The notes beneath the pieces are model-generated. The model saw only the letters and a program-made list of their open reading frames with translations. It did no database searches and was not told where the DNA came from. Both the position numbers and the translations under genes were made by a program. A stretch of 64,000 bases of DNA from a virus: the IMG/VR virus record IMGVR_UViG_3300044655_001596, positions 13,319-77,318 of that record. The stretch is one strand, 5' to 3'. Below are positions 47,861 to 57,214 of the stretch, piece after piece (within the stretch, counting starts at the first letter, position 1; each line of letters opens with the position of its first letter).

Positions 47861-48097
47861 TTGTCTATCCAAATTGAAAATCTTACCGCCGAGCAGGTGG
47901 AAATGTGCGACATCATGTGGAGCTTTGAATCCGCTGAAGAATACATGACCTGGTACGAACTCTTGGATGAAGCTGACCAACAGCAGGCTGATGTACTGCA
48001 ACATATTATCATTCAAGAAAGCATGGAAGAGATGCTGAGTGAGATCAGTGGGCAGTATGCGGATATCCGTGACTACTTGAAAAAATTCATGCTATGA
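47861..48097 (+). CDS. acidic hypothetical protein
   Basis: TTG start after promoter. Confidence 0.6.
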   Translation: MSIQIENLTAEQVEMCDIMWSFESAEEYMTWYELLDEADQQQADVLQHIIIQESMEEMLSEISGQYADIRDYLKKFML

Positions 48098-48426
48098 ACC
48101 ATCAGTTTGTTGTGGTGTGGGATAACACCGGGCTGGAGTACATAGGTGACATCACCTTGGATGAACAGCAACGCACCTGGAGTGCCCTCAAAGGCGAGCC
48201 ATTGAAATACACCATTCCCAATCTTGGCCATCTCATGCTTCGTGCCCGTTACAACACTCAACGACACTATGAGATCTACATTGTGACTGCCACAGATGGC
48301 ATCACAGCCGAAGACATACGAGACATGTTTGAAGCCAACCCACAGGCGTCAGCAGACACTATCCGCAGAATTGGTCAATGCGTACACAGTGACCGAGCTC
48401 AGGAAGATAGTGTGGTAATACGATAA
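48094..48426 (+). CDS. hypothetical protein
   Basis: WDNTGLE, LRARYNTQRHYEIY motifs. Confidence 0.7.
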   Translation: MNHQFVVVWDNTGLEYIGDITLDEQQRTWSALKGEPLKYTIPNLGHLMLRARYNTQRHYEIYIVTATDGITAEDIRDMFEANPQASADTIRRIGQCVHSDRAQEDSVVIR

Positions 48427-48430
48427 CAGG

Positions 48431-48534
48431 TTGACAGCATGGTGTATTTGCTATATAATACACACAAGTCAGCTCAGTATGGTACTGATCGGCTTACTAA
48501 TCTGACGTATTGCACGTCACTGAAAGGAAACAGA
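48431..48534 (+). promoter_or_regulatory. sigma70 promoter and structured leader
   Basis: TTGACA-17-TATAAT; TCAGTA/TACTGA and TGACGT/ACGTCA inverted repeats. Confidence 0.7.
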
Positions 48535-49587
48535 ATGGCACAAAAACGCCTTACCCGCAAACTCACTGACGTTATTGCAGAAGTTGAAACGCAACTTCGC
48601 GCACACTATAACGTAACGCAAAAAGACCTTGATGCATGGCGAGCCCGTGCCCAGGCTCTATCATATCGATTTCCCACCAGTTCCATGATTGCAATTGAGG
48701 ACTTGTGGATTGATTATGAAGTCCAACGTGATGTGCTACACAAGCACATTATTAACATCATGAAAAAGTGGGATCCACGCATCTGCTCGCCTGGATCAGC
48801 TTGCCGCTTTGGCGGAAAGCCCCCGATCTATCTGTATGATGCACAACACCGTACCATTGCGGCTGGCCTACTGGGTTATACAGAAATTCCCTGTGCTGTA
48901 GTAGAAACAGACGAAGTTAATTTTGCCAGTTATGCCTTTGAAATGCTCAACGACACTGGGGTCAAACGACTCACACCCGGAGACTTGCATCGCAATGCCT
49001 TGGTGCGTTACAAGAATGGTAGCCGTGACAAGAAGGTAGTAGATGCCCGCACCATGCAGGATCAATTTGATACTGCGGGTATTGACCTACAGGACAAAGG
49101 TTCACGTGCAAGTGACAACCTGCGTGGCGACAATGATTACTTTATGAGTCACTTTAAGTATGCTCAAAAGGGCATTGAGATTGATGACAGCGGTAAAGTG
49201 CTGTTGGAAATTTTGTCCGCAATCAAAGACACATTTCCCCTGCAAGAAGAAATTGATCAGGGTTGTTACATTGGGCTGTATGAACTGCATCGTATCTCCA
49301 GCACCAATGCCAACAGCCGATTACCTGCGGGTTGGATGAAAACAGTACTAGAAGCAATCAAGCCCACGTTCAAGAGTTCTGCATTGATTCACGCCAAAGC
49401 CAAAGTGCAATGGGAACATGTGAATCCCGGCGCAACTTGGTCAGCTCCCAGTGCCATGGCAAACTTTTTGCGTGAGTTGTACCTCCGCAATGGCGGTGGA
49501 ATCAATCTACCGTATCACGGTGAAGGTGCCAAGATGGGCGTGGAAGAAGGCAATGTTGCTCCAGGCCTGTTTCCTGAAGGAGTGTAA
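48535..49587 (+). CDS. ParB/Srx-superfamily (DGQHR-like) protein
   Basis: LWIDYEVQR...LYDAQHRTIAA; AAAGGA RBS. Confidence 0.75.
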   Translation: MAQKRLTRKLTDVIAEVETQLRAHYNVTQKDLDAWRARAQALSYRFPTSSMIAIEDLWIDYEVQRDVLHKHIINIMKKWDPRICSPGSACRFGGKPPIYLYDAQHRTIAAGLLGYTEIPCAVVETDEVNFASYAFEMLNDTGVKRLTPGDLHRNALVRYKNGSRDKKVVDARTMQDQFDTAGIDLQDKGSRASDNLRGDNDYFMSHFKYAQKGIEIDDSGKVLLEILSAIKDTFPLQEEIDQGCYIGLYELHRISSTNANSRLPAGWMKTVLEAIKPTFKSSALIHAKAKVQWEHVNPGATWSAPSAMANFLRELYLRNGGGINLPYHGEGAKMGVEEGNVAPGLFPEGV

Positions 49588-49588
49588 C

Positions 49589-50044
49589 ATGAGACCTATT
49601 TGTGTTAATCACGGATGCGAGGAAGAAGTTACTTACAGCCACAAGGATACACTGGGAAACCCTCGTTGGCGTATACATTGCGGTCATTGTCAGGCCGCAA
49701 GTTGGGGCAAATGGCCGCATCGTTCAGGAGTCACTCCATACAAAACTGGCAAGTGTACCAATGTAGATGGACACCTGGGATTTGATTGCATGGTCAAATG
49801 GACCAAAATACCAGATTGGGCCAAGGGCATGACCGAAGTGGATCACATTGACGGAGATCATACAAATAATCATCCCAGCAACCTGGACGAATTGTGCCCG
49901 CTTTGCCACAAACTCAAGGGCCAACAGTCGGGCGACTTTAACAAAACAAAACATCACGGAATCAACCTGCCAGTTGGACACAAGGGTAAAAAGCGTACCA
50001 GTGCCCGCAGTCAATTTTCTGCTTTGTTTGAGGTTGGAACATGA
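49589..50044 (+). CDS. HNH endonuclease with Zn-binding Cys motifs
   Basis: EVDHIDGDHTNNHPSNLDELCPLCH. Confidence 0.88.
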   Translation: MRPICVNHGCEEEVTYSHKDTLGNPRWRIHCGHCQAASWGKWPHRSGVTPYKTGKCTNVDGHLGFDCMVKWTKIPDWAKGMTEVDHIDGDHTNNHPSNLDELCPLCHKLKGQQSGDFNKTKHHGINLPVGHKGKKRTSARSQFSALFEVGT

Positions 50045-50604
50045 ACTTGAAAGAATCTCTAGATCAATTCACAGCACCGGTGTACAGCAAAACTCGTCGT
50101 ACCCCTGACACCTATCGAACCGTGGCAGACTATTGTAGACGCAACTTGGTTCGCCTGGTTGGTGAGTATCATGCTGTGGAAAACGATCAACAACTGCTGA
50201 GAGAAATCCGCAACGACATTGACACATATCTACGCAGATATCACGAGTACTGTATTCAACAACGTGACGGTATGAAAGCACACTACCACGAAGTTGGTGC
50301 AGACGAGGATTGTGACTTTGAGCACTTGATACCGGCCGCACGAATCCGTGACTTGCTATTGGCCAGTGCTATTTCTGTAGAGCAGGCTCTCAATGCACCA
50401 ACTGTACGATTGAGTCGAACCAAGCATGCCGCTCTCAAAGAAGCAGGATGGGCAAGTACTACTCCAGACATGTGGTGCCCGTTCCGGCGTTATACCCAGG
50501 TGTTTGACGCCACCTACGAAACTCACGATGGAACAATAATTGACCCTAGCACCTGGACATTAGAACAACATTTTGACTATTTCAAACATTTGGTAATCAA
50601 CTAA
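50041..50604 (+). CDS. putative HNH-like (beta-beta-alpha-metal) protein
   Basis: DFEHLIP...LSRTKHAAL...PFRRY. Confidence 0.5.
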   Translation: MNLKESLDQFTAPVYSKTRRTPDTYRTVADYCRRNLVRLVGEYHAVENDQQLLREIRNDIDTYLRRYHEYCIQQRDGMKAHYHEVGADEDCDFEHLIPAARIRDLLLASAISVEQALNAPTVRLSRTKHAALKEAGWASTTPDMWCPFRRYTQVFDATYETHDGTIIDPSTWTLEQHFDYFKHLVIN

Positions 50605-50613
50605 GGAAATTCC

Positions 50614-50853
50614 ATGAGCATATTGCAATTCAAAAGCCGACCTTGGACTGTGTTTGATGCCGCCAACAAGGAGCACAGACGTTGGTATTATCAATTTACC
50701 CAACATGGTACCTGGGGTAGATGTCCATATCGTTTTATTGTACCCGATGATCACGGAGATCTTATTACCATGTGTCAACGTAGTCTTGTGCGTTATTATG
50801 TAGAGCATGAGTTTAGCAAAAAAACAACTATACGATTTCAAAAAGCTAAATGA
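50614..50853 (+). CDS. hypothetical protein
   Basis: FDAANKEHR..WGRCPYRF motif; AAGGA RBS. Confidence 0.7.
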   Translation: MSILQFKSRPWTVFDAANKEHRRWYYQFTQHGTWGRCPYRFIVPDDHGDLITMCQRSLVRYYVEHEFSKKTTIRFQKAK

Positions 50854-51974
50854 TTCAAGATCTTTATAGTCAGTGGACAATACAGCCACATCATGTGCAT
50901 GGTGATTGTTTTACTGGTTATGAACCCATATATGATCAACTGGAACGATTCACCTCTGCCACCTATGATCAAGACCCTGCAGGCACCATTGCCCGGGTCA
51001 AGGCCTTGTACAGAAGCATCAACTTGGTGCCCATTGATTACTATACTGAAACCGGGCTAATTGATCACTTGCGACAGTTTAGAGACCAAGCAATAAATCC
51101 AGTAGCTGACAACGTGCTGGGACTGGGCAACAATCAAGGACAGAAATTAAATCGTTTTTTGTTTCCCAACATGATGACTGCGGAACCCAAGGGTCGTGGA
51201 TCAAACAGCCTACGAGATAGATTCTACAACGATGCCAAACTGGAACGTGCCATCAGAATCTGCTTTGAATTTAGAACTGGCAATCGCCTGGTTCATCCCA
51301 CTGCTCTACGCCGTAGCCTGGAATTGGTCACAGGTGAAAACATACAAAACTTCAAGCCGCAAAATGCTCGAGCCTTGGTAGAGCACCTGTGTCCTGTTAT
51401 GTGGGGCAGAGTGTATGATTACTCGGCAGGGTATGGTGGACGATTGCTGGGCATCACTTCCAGCCGTATGGGGTACGACTATGTGGGCGTAGATCCCAAC
51501 ACAGAAACATTTCGAAATTTACAATACCTAGCTCAACTGATCGACACAGCATTTGGGCGCAGTGCCACTTTGTGTTGTGATGTGAGTGAAAACTTCCAGC
51601 CCCGGGACATTGATCTTGCATTTTCAAGTCCACCTTATTTCAACTTGGAAAAATACTCAGACGAGCCCACTCAATGCATGGTCCGATGTGCTACACTGGA
51701 TGACTGGTTTGAACTGTATGTCACCCCCACCATGCAACGCATACATCAAGGACTAAACGCAGATGGGGTGTTTGCTACCAACATTGCCGACTACAAAACT
51801 GGCGGCAAGCAAGAATACCAAGTGGTTGACAGATGGATTGCTCTGGCCGAGAAACTGGGATTCCGGTATCAAAAAGTCATACGCATGATGCTGAACACAA
51901 GACCCGGTGTGGGCAATCACAAAACAGACGGACGTCAAAAGTGGGAAGGAGTGTATGTTTTTTCCAAGGTCTAA
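50850..51974 (+). CDS. amino (N4-C/N6-A) DNA methyltransferase
   Basis: YDYSAGYGGRLLG motif I and FSSPPYF motif IV. Confidence 0.85.
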   Translation: MIQDLYSQWTIQPHHVHGDCFTGYEPIYDQLERFTSATYDQDPAGTIARVKALYRSINLVPIDYYTETGLIDHLRQFRDQAINPVADNVLGLGNNQGQKLNRFLFPNMMTAEPKGRGSNSLRDRFYNDAKLERAIRICFEFRTGNRLVHPTALRRSLELVTGENIQNFKPQNARALVEHLCPVMWGRVYDYSAGYGGRLLGITSSRMGYDYVGVDPNTETFRNLQYLAQLIDTAFGRSATLCCDVSENFQPRDIDLAFSSPPYFNLEKYSDEPTQCMVRCATLDDWFELYVTPTMQRIHQGLNADGVFATNIADYKTGGKQEYQVVDRWIALAEKLGFRYQKVIRMMLNTRPGVGNHKTDGRQKWEGVYVFSKV

Positions 51975-51986
51975 ACACTAGTTTAA

Positions 51987-52099
51987 AAAGTAATACTCTA
52001 GTACTACAAAAACCCTACAGAAATGCAGGGTATTTTTTTGGTTGACCAAAAATGCCCGATTTGCTATAATAGTGGCATAGAGAGTAACAAGGAGCCCAA
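51987..52099 (+). promoter_or_regulatory. operator + terminator + promoter cassette
   Basis: AAAGTAATACTCTAGTACTAC; ACCCT..AGGGT + T run; TTGACC(52042)-17-TATAAT; AAGGAGCCC. Confidence 0.85.
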
Positions 52100-52417
52100 A
52101 TGTCCAAACTGCTGATCACCACCCAAGTTTACGAAAACTACGCCTGGCGCGAAGATGGTACCATTGGTACTGGCGCCGAAGCCTATTGGAAGGCCAAGGG
52201 CGGTAGCGATTACGTTATTCGCAACATCGACATCAACCGTGTGCAAGAGCTGGCCAAGTCCGCCTGCGCTCAGGTTGAGCAAGCCAGTGATTATTTCACT
52301 GAAACTGTGATTGGCTGGGAAGTGGTGGCTGACGACTACCTTACGGAGTTTGAACAGGATCAGTTGGAGTTCGAAGGCAAGATCAGGTTCCCTGCACAGG
52401 AACTGAGCGTGGCTTGA
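52100..52417 (+). CDS. hypothetical early protein
   Basis: TQVYENY..YWKAKGG phage motif. Confidence 0.8.
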   Translation: MSKLLITTQVYENYAWREDGTIGTGAEAYWKAKGGSDYVIRNIDINRVQELAKSACAQVEQASDYFTETVIGWEVVADDYLTEFEQDQLEFEGKIRFPAQELSVA

Positions 52418-52419
52418 GG

Positions 52420-52448
52420 TTGACCAGAAATTGCCAATTTGCTATAAT
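52420..52448 (+). promoter_or_regulatory. sigma70 early-type promoter
   Basis: TTGACC-17-TATAAT. Confidence 0.85.
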
Positions 52449-52479
52449 ATACACATATTGAAACACAAAGGAGTCTAAG

Positions 52480-52977
52480 ATGGGCACACGTAGTCGCATT
52501 GCAGTCATGCACGGAGAAATTGCAAAGTCAATCTATTGTCATTGGGACGGCTATCTGGAGCACAACGGTGCCATCCTTCAGGAGCACTATGATTCTGCCA
52601 AAGCCAATGAATTGGTTTCTCTAGGCGACATGAGTGCTTTGCGTCCTGAAATTGGCACACCACATGCCTTCAGTCAGTTTGAACTGGAAGAAATGGATCG
52701 CGAAGAATTTGTTAGAACAACAGAAAACATGTGTACCTTTTACGGTCGCGATCGTGGCGAGGAAAACGTTGGCTGGAAAGTGGCTCACACCTTTGAGGAG
52801 TTCTTTGAACAGGTTGACAACTGTGGCGGCGAGTGGTACTATGTCATGCAGGATGGTGCATGGTATTGCGGCAATACATACTCAAGCGATGCCCGTTTCT
52901 ACAAAAAACTAGTACTTTTAGCTGAAGCCCTTGCGGATCAAGTGGTTGAAGAAGACGCAAAAACGGTTGACCAATAA
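52480..52977 (+). CDS. conserved phage early protein (MGTRS/YCHWDGY family)
   Basis: SIYCHWDGY, LGDMS, YGRDRGE. Confidence 0.8.
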   Translation: MGTRSRIAVMHGEIAKSIYCHWDGYLEHNGAILQEHYDSAKANELVSLGDMSALRPEIGTPHAFSQFELEEMDREEFVRTTENMCTFYGRDRGEENVGWKVAHTFEEFFEQVDNCGGEWYYVMQDGAWYCGNTYSSDARFYKKLVLLAEALADQVVEEDAKTVDQ

Positions 52978-53025
52978 TTCCCTATTTGCTATAATAGTGG
53001 CATAGAGAGTAAAAAGGAGTCCAAG
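52965..53025 (+). repeat. promoter-leader cassette, near copy of 52040-52099
   Basis: Shared ATTTGCTATAATAGTGGCATAGAGAGTAA; TTGACC(52967)-17-TATAAT. Confidence 0.85.
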
Positions 53026-53271
53026 ATGAGCATTGAAATTGAATACAATCTGACTGGTGCTGTAAAAGATTACGGCATGTTTAGCGAACTTGGCAACGCC
53101 GCAGTCCACGCCATTGTGGTTGCCGCCCGTGCCAACAACCTGACTTGGCCCCAGACCTATCGTGCTCTGCACCAACTGTCCGAACAAAAAGAATTTGGTG
53201 AGGCCATGGACACTGAAGTGCGCGAATGCGTGTACTCTGCACTGAATTTTGACACACCTTTTTACTGCTAA
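53026..53271 (+). CDS. hypothetical early protein
   Basis: YGMFS..GNAAV..EAMDTEVRE motif. Confidence 0.75.
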   Translation: MSIEIEYNLTGAVKDYGMFSELGNAAVHAIVVAARANNLTWPQTYRALHQLSEQKEFGEAMDTEVRECVYSALNFDTPFYC

Positions 53272-53281
53272 GGAGATCACC

Positions 53282-54055
53282 ATGCCTGGATTTGTAGACG
53301 TATCAAACATGACTGCTCTTGAAGTCAAACGCCTGGGTCAGATGGATGACTACGATGAGGAACCGTACCAGCCACGCCGCACCTGGCAACCCCGTGCCCG
53401 GCCTGTGAGTGTCAAGCACTCGGTGGACAATGTTTGGGGCGCGGCAGTGGCGGCACAACGAGAAAATGGCGGCTACTTCAAAGAAGAACAGTGGATGCCA
53501 AATGCTACTCCTCCTTATATCGCCAAGCGCAAGAACCGCGACATTATGTTTGACCTCTTGGCCAATCCTGTTCAACTCACTGTGGAAGATATTGCACAGG
53601 GCCAGGAGTGCCGCAAGTTCTTGCAACAAGACATTACCTTCCGTGCCCTCAAAGGCCGGCTCACAGACTTTGATAGCTCTGTGAGCAAGGTCATTGCTGT
53701 GGAAGATGAATTTGATACTGTGAAACACAAGTTGGAATTGGCTGTGGTTGCATGTCTGCCTGCAAGTCATGCTCGCAGTTTAGAGCGCCAGGCAGTTCAG
53801 GAACGAGTGCGTCAAACATCAGGTGCCGTGATTGGCAACCCTGGTGACAAGGTTCAACTGGACGTGGAGATCATCAAATCCAACTACAGTCAGCAATGGA
53901 ACACCTGGTACGCCACTGCCGTTACCGCAGACAACTCTGCTGTGTTTTTTGCATACCGCCAAGAACTGGCTAAAGGTGCAAAGTACACTATTGTAGGAAC
54001 CGTCAAGGCTCACAGAGACGGCTCCACCCAACTCAACCGTGTGAGCATTATCTAA
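53282..54055 (+). CDS. hypothetical protein with C-terminal OB-fold-like domain
   Basis: IGNPGDKV...GTVKAH..TQLNRV; AAGGAG RBS. Confidence 0.7.
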   Translation: MPGFVDVSNMTALEVKRLGQMDDYDEEPYQPRRTWQPRARPVSVKHSVDNVWGAAVAAQRENGGYFKEEQWMPNATPPYIAKRKNRDIMFDLLANPVQLTVEDIAQGQECRKFLQQDITFRALKGRLTDFDSSVSKVIAVEDEFDTVKHKLELAVVACLPASHARSLERQAVQERVRQTSGAVIGNPGDKVQLDVEIIKSNYSQQWNTWYATAVTADNSAVFFAYRQELAKGAKYTIVGTVKAHRDGSTQLNRVSII

Positions 54056-54064
54056 GGAAATTGT

Positions 54065-54193
54065 ATGCGTAACTTTGTACTTGGTGCTATTTTTGGTTTG
54101 GTGATTGCCACCGTGGGCTTTTCCGGATTGGCACGTATGTTTGACAAAGGTGTGCATACCATCCAACAGACCAGCAAAGAACTGGCCCAGTAA
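54065..54193 (+). CDS. small membrane protein (not in ORF track)
   Basis: MRNFVLGAIFGLVIATVGFSGLARMFDKGV; AAGGA RBS. Confidence 0.65.
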   Translation: MRNFVLGAIFGLVIATVGFSGLARMFDKGVHTIQQTSKELAQ

Positions 54194-54230
54194 AACGGGC
54201 AAATCGAACCAAAAATTATGCAAAAAATGG

Positions 54231-54259
54231 TTGACCAATATCACATCTTTTGCTATAAT
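54231..54259 (+). promoter_or_regulatory. sigma70 early-type promoter
   Basis: TTGACC-17-TATAAT. Confidence 0.85.
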
Positions 54260-54326
54260 TTAGGTATGTTGAGCAATAAGGCACAACATTTTTAAAACTT
54301 GATAGGCAACTTTGAAAGGCAATTTT

Positions 54327-54662
54327 ATGTCCGCAGATAAACTGTTCACCGTGGCTGGTACCGCTACTAACTCCGATGGCACTACTAAGGCTCGTTTTGC
54401 AAACGACCTGGTAGCCCGCATCAAGATCCTTAACAAGGCTGGATGCACCAACATCAACTTGGCAGAATTGCCCCGTGCAATGACCAAGCTGGAAGCTCTC
54501 CAGTATCTTACTGAGCAGGGCATTACTGAAGGCGATGCTGGCTATGCTGTAGCCAACAAGCTCTCTGAGAAGAGCAAGATCGCCAAGAAAGGCGAAGTCA
54601 AGGTCAAGGCTGTCAAAGCCTCTGCACCCAAGACCACTGCCAAGACTGCTGAAAAAGCATAA
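54327..54662 (+). CDS. conserved phage protein with Lys/Ala-rich tail
   Basis: FTVAG..KARFAND..ELPRAMTK; followed by hairpin at 54680-54702. Confidence 0.75.
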   Translation: MSADKLFTVAGTATNSDGTTKARFANDLVARIKILNKAGCTNINLAELPRAMTKLEALQYLTEQGITEGDAGYAVANKLSEKSKIAKKGEVKVKAVKASAPKTTAKTAEKA

Positions 54663-54737
54663 GCAGGCTGGAGTGCCAAAAAGGCGGCTTTCGGGCCGCT
54701 TTTCTACGACTTTTTGCGGTAACTGGTAATTAATACT

Positions 54738-54992
54738 ATGCTAGAACAAGACGAATTCTTACACGAGCGTATCAAGACGGTTATGCTGGATGTCATGGGT
54801 GTGCTGTATGACAATGGCATCAAACATGTACACATGGGTGCCATGATGAGATTGTTGGGAGTTGATGATGTCAAGGCCTCAGAACACGACAATGAACTTA
54901 TTGAATTGGACGAAAAGTTTGGTGCCATGTTATCTCAGTTAAATAAAAATGCAGCACCTGTAGAAGTTCCCGAAGGCGCTACTTTCCATTAA
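54738..54992 (+). CDS. hypothetical protein
   Basis: Operon context. Confidence 0.65.
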   Translation: MLEQDEFLHERIKTVMLDVMGVLYDNGIKHVHMGAMMRLLGVDDVKASEHDNELIELDEKFGAMLSQLNKNAAPVEVPEGATFH

Positions 54993-55240
54993 TGACCATA
55001 CCTAATTATCGCGCAGTGGAACCACTGTTTATTGTGTTCCTGCGCAACAACAATCAGGCTGAACAACTGTTCAGAGCCTGGATCAAACAAAATCGAATTG
55101 AACATGCCAACGTCTCAGGCAACAAAATGATGTTACATGATCAACGTGCGTTTGAACAGTTCCGTGTGACCTGGACGCACAGTCTTGACTCCGTTACAGT
55201 CTGGGACACTTGGTTAAAAAGACACATTTACTTTGACTAG
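54992..55240 (+). CDS. hypothetical protein
   Basis: Coupled start. Confidence 0.65.
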   Translation: MTIPNYRAVEPLFIVFLRNNNQAEQLFRAWIKQNRIEHANVSGNKMMLHDQRAFEQFRVTWTHSLDSVTVWDTWLKRHIYFD

Positions 55241-55323
55241 CAAGAGTGCCAAAAACCTGACATTTTATTGACAACTGTGTTAGATGACTGTATAATTACT
55301 ATTGTCATTACAAGGAGTATAAC

Positions 55324-55509
55324 ATGACCCAACACGAACAAATCGTAGCCGCTTACGAAACTTACCTGGCCGAGAATGCCAAGTTCACCGAAAAAGGTGT
55401 AAAGGCTGCTGCCGCCCGTGCTCGCAAAGCCCTGCAAGAAATGAGCAAAGGTATCAAAGAGCGTCGCAAAGAAATTACCACAGAGAAAGAAGCACTTGCT
55501 GCAAAATGA
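55324..55509 (+). CDS. histone H1-like Hc1-family protein
   Basis: KFTEKGVKAAAARARKALQEMSKGIKERRKEI; promoter TTGACA(55268)-17-TATAAT. Confidence 0.8.
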   Translation: MTQHEQIVAAYETYLAENAKFTEKGVKAAAARARKALQEMSKGIKERRKEITTEKEALAAK

Positions 55510-55632
55510 TCGTAAAAGATAGTCAACTACAAACTGAATGGCCAGTCATAATGACACCTGCACAAAGAGAGCAACTAGTACAAGAAAAGTTGGCTCGGGC
55601 ACTGGTGTGGCATCAAACACTAAAAAAACAAT

Positions 55633-55845
55633 ATGACAAACAAAAAGAGCCGCATGATAAACGTAGTTGAAGACCCAGATAATCCAGGAGAATTGCTCTT
55701 GGATTTGGGTAACGAATTGTGTGCCGAGCTTGGGTGGCAAGCAGGCGACACAGTCGAATGGATAGACCAAAAGGATGGCTCATGGCTACTACAGAAGAAA
55801 GTCTCAGCGAATTACTTGACACACTCAACACAACAGACAAAATAG
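55633..55845 (+). CDS. AbrB/MazE-like DNA-binding protein
   Basis: GELLLDL..ELCAELGWQAGDTVEW. Confidence 0.7.
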   Translation: MTNKKSRMINVVEDPDNPGELLLDLGNELCAELGWQAGDTVEWIDQKDGSWLLQKKVSANYLTHSTQQTK

Positions 55846-56354
55846 ATTTTTCCAGTGGATCGACCCTGGGAGGATTCTCAGATTACAACTATGGCGCTAT
55901 TCCGCCATTGGCCACCGTAGATTTTTCCAAGCTGACAACGTCAACTGTAACAATAGGAGACACTACTGCTCCTTCATATACAATTGGAATTGGCAGTACT
56001 GGGTCAACGCACTCAAATACAGTTTGGACTACATCAGGCACCAGCAGTGTAAATTGGAACCAAAGTGTCGTGGGTGGAATTTATCATAACCCAGCAATGG
56101 AAGTTAACCAAGGTGGACAAGTCTCCCTTAAAGGTGATAATGCTGACATTGACATCAATGGCAAGAGCCTGGTCAAGTGGATGCAGGTCATGGAAGAACG
56201 TATGAACTGGATGCAACCCAACGTGGAACTGGAAAAAGAATGGGACGACTTGAAGAAGCTGGGAGACCGCTATCGCAAGTTGGAACAGAAGTGCAAAGAA
56301 AAAGCAGAAATGTGGAAGAAACTTAAATCAATGCCTAAACCGGAGATCAGATGA
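55782..56354 (+). CDS. hypothetical protein (Ser/Thr-rich N-terminus, coiled-coil C-terminus)
   Basis: ADIDINGKSL..ELEKEWDDLK motif. Confidence 0.65.
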   Translation: MATTEESLSELLDTLNTTDKIDFSSGSTLGGFSDYNYGAIPPLATVDFSKLTTSTVTIGDTTAPSYTIGIGSTGSTHSNTVWTTSGTSSVNWNQSVVGGIYHNPAMEVNQGGQVSLKGDNADIDINGKSLVKWMQVMEERMNWMQPNVELEKEWDDLKKLGDRYRKLEQKCKEKAEMWKKLKSMPKPEIR

Positions 56355-57133
56355 CCCCCAAGCAACGCATCAAACACATCACAAAGTGGATCCGACAATA
56401 CGCAACAAAAAACAAGATCTCTACGCTAGTTGTAGGCATCTCGGGCGGAATTGACAGCTCTGTGGTCAGCGCACTTTGCGCAGAAACAGGACTCAACACT
56501 ATTGTGGTTCAGATGCCTATTCGTCAGAATCGCAAGCTGGACAATCGTAGCTCAATGCAAGCTGGCTGGTTGCTGGAACGCTACAAAAACGTCACGCACA
56601 TGAGCATGGACTTGACCCCAGTGTTCACAGCATTTGAAAAGAAGCTGGAGCCTGTTTGCCGGGACAGCGATTCTATAACTCTAGCATTTGCCAACTCACG
56701 TGCTAGATTGCGCATGATGACCTTGTACCAAATTGCACAAAGCCACGGTGGCATTGTGGTTGGCACAGGCAATAAAGTAGAAGACTTTGGCGTGGGTTTT
56801 TTTACCAAGTATGGTGATGGTGGCGTGGATATTTCACCCATTGGCGACTGCATGAAAACTGCTGTTTGGGACATGGGACGAGAGTTTGGACTCCCACAAG
56901 AGATCATTGATGCAGAGCCCACAGACGGACTCTGGGATGATGGACGTACCGACGAGGGGCAACTGGGCATGACCTATCCTGAGTTAGAATTGGCCATGAA
57001 TCAAGCCACATACTCAGAACTTGAGCTGTACGCCACTGGTCCTGAAAAGAAAAAACTCAAACAATATCGAGCAATTCGAGCTAGAAACCTGCACAAGATG
57101 GAACCAATTCCTGTGTGCCGAATCTCTGAGTAA
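56351..57133 (+). CDS. nadE: NH3-dependent NAD+ synthetase
   Basis: GISGGIDS, NSRARLRM, GTGNKVE, FFTKYGDGG, PTDGL, TDE. Confidence 0.95.
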   Translation: MTPKQRIKHITKWIRQYATKNKISTLVVGISGGIDSSVVSALCAETGLNTIVVQMPIRQNRKLDNRSSMQAGWLLERYKNVTHMSMDLTPVFTAFEKKLEPVCRDSDSITLAFANSRARLRMMTLYQIAQSHGGIVVGTGNKVEDFGVGFFTKYGDGGVDISPIGDCMKTAVWDMGREFGLPQEIIDAEPTDGLWDDGRTDEGQLGMTYPELELAMNQATYSELELYATGPEKKKLKQYRAIRARNLHKMEPIPVCRISE

Positions 57134-57214
57134 ACTGCGCCGTTTACTCCAAAACGGCACCTTTTTGGCCCGGTCTTTGCCCGGTTCTGCAACCATCGAG
57201 TAAGTAAAACTACC

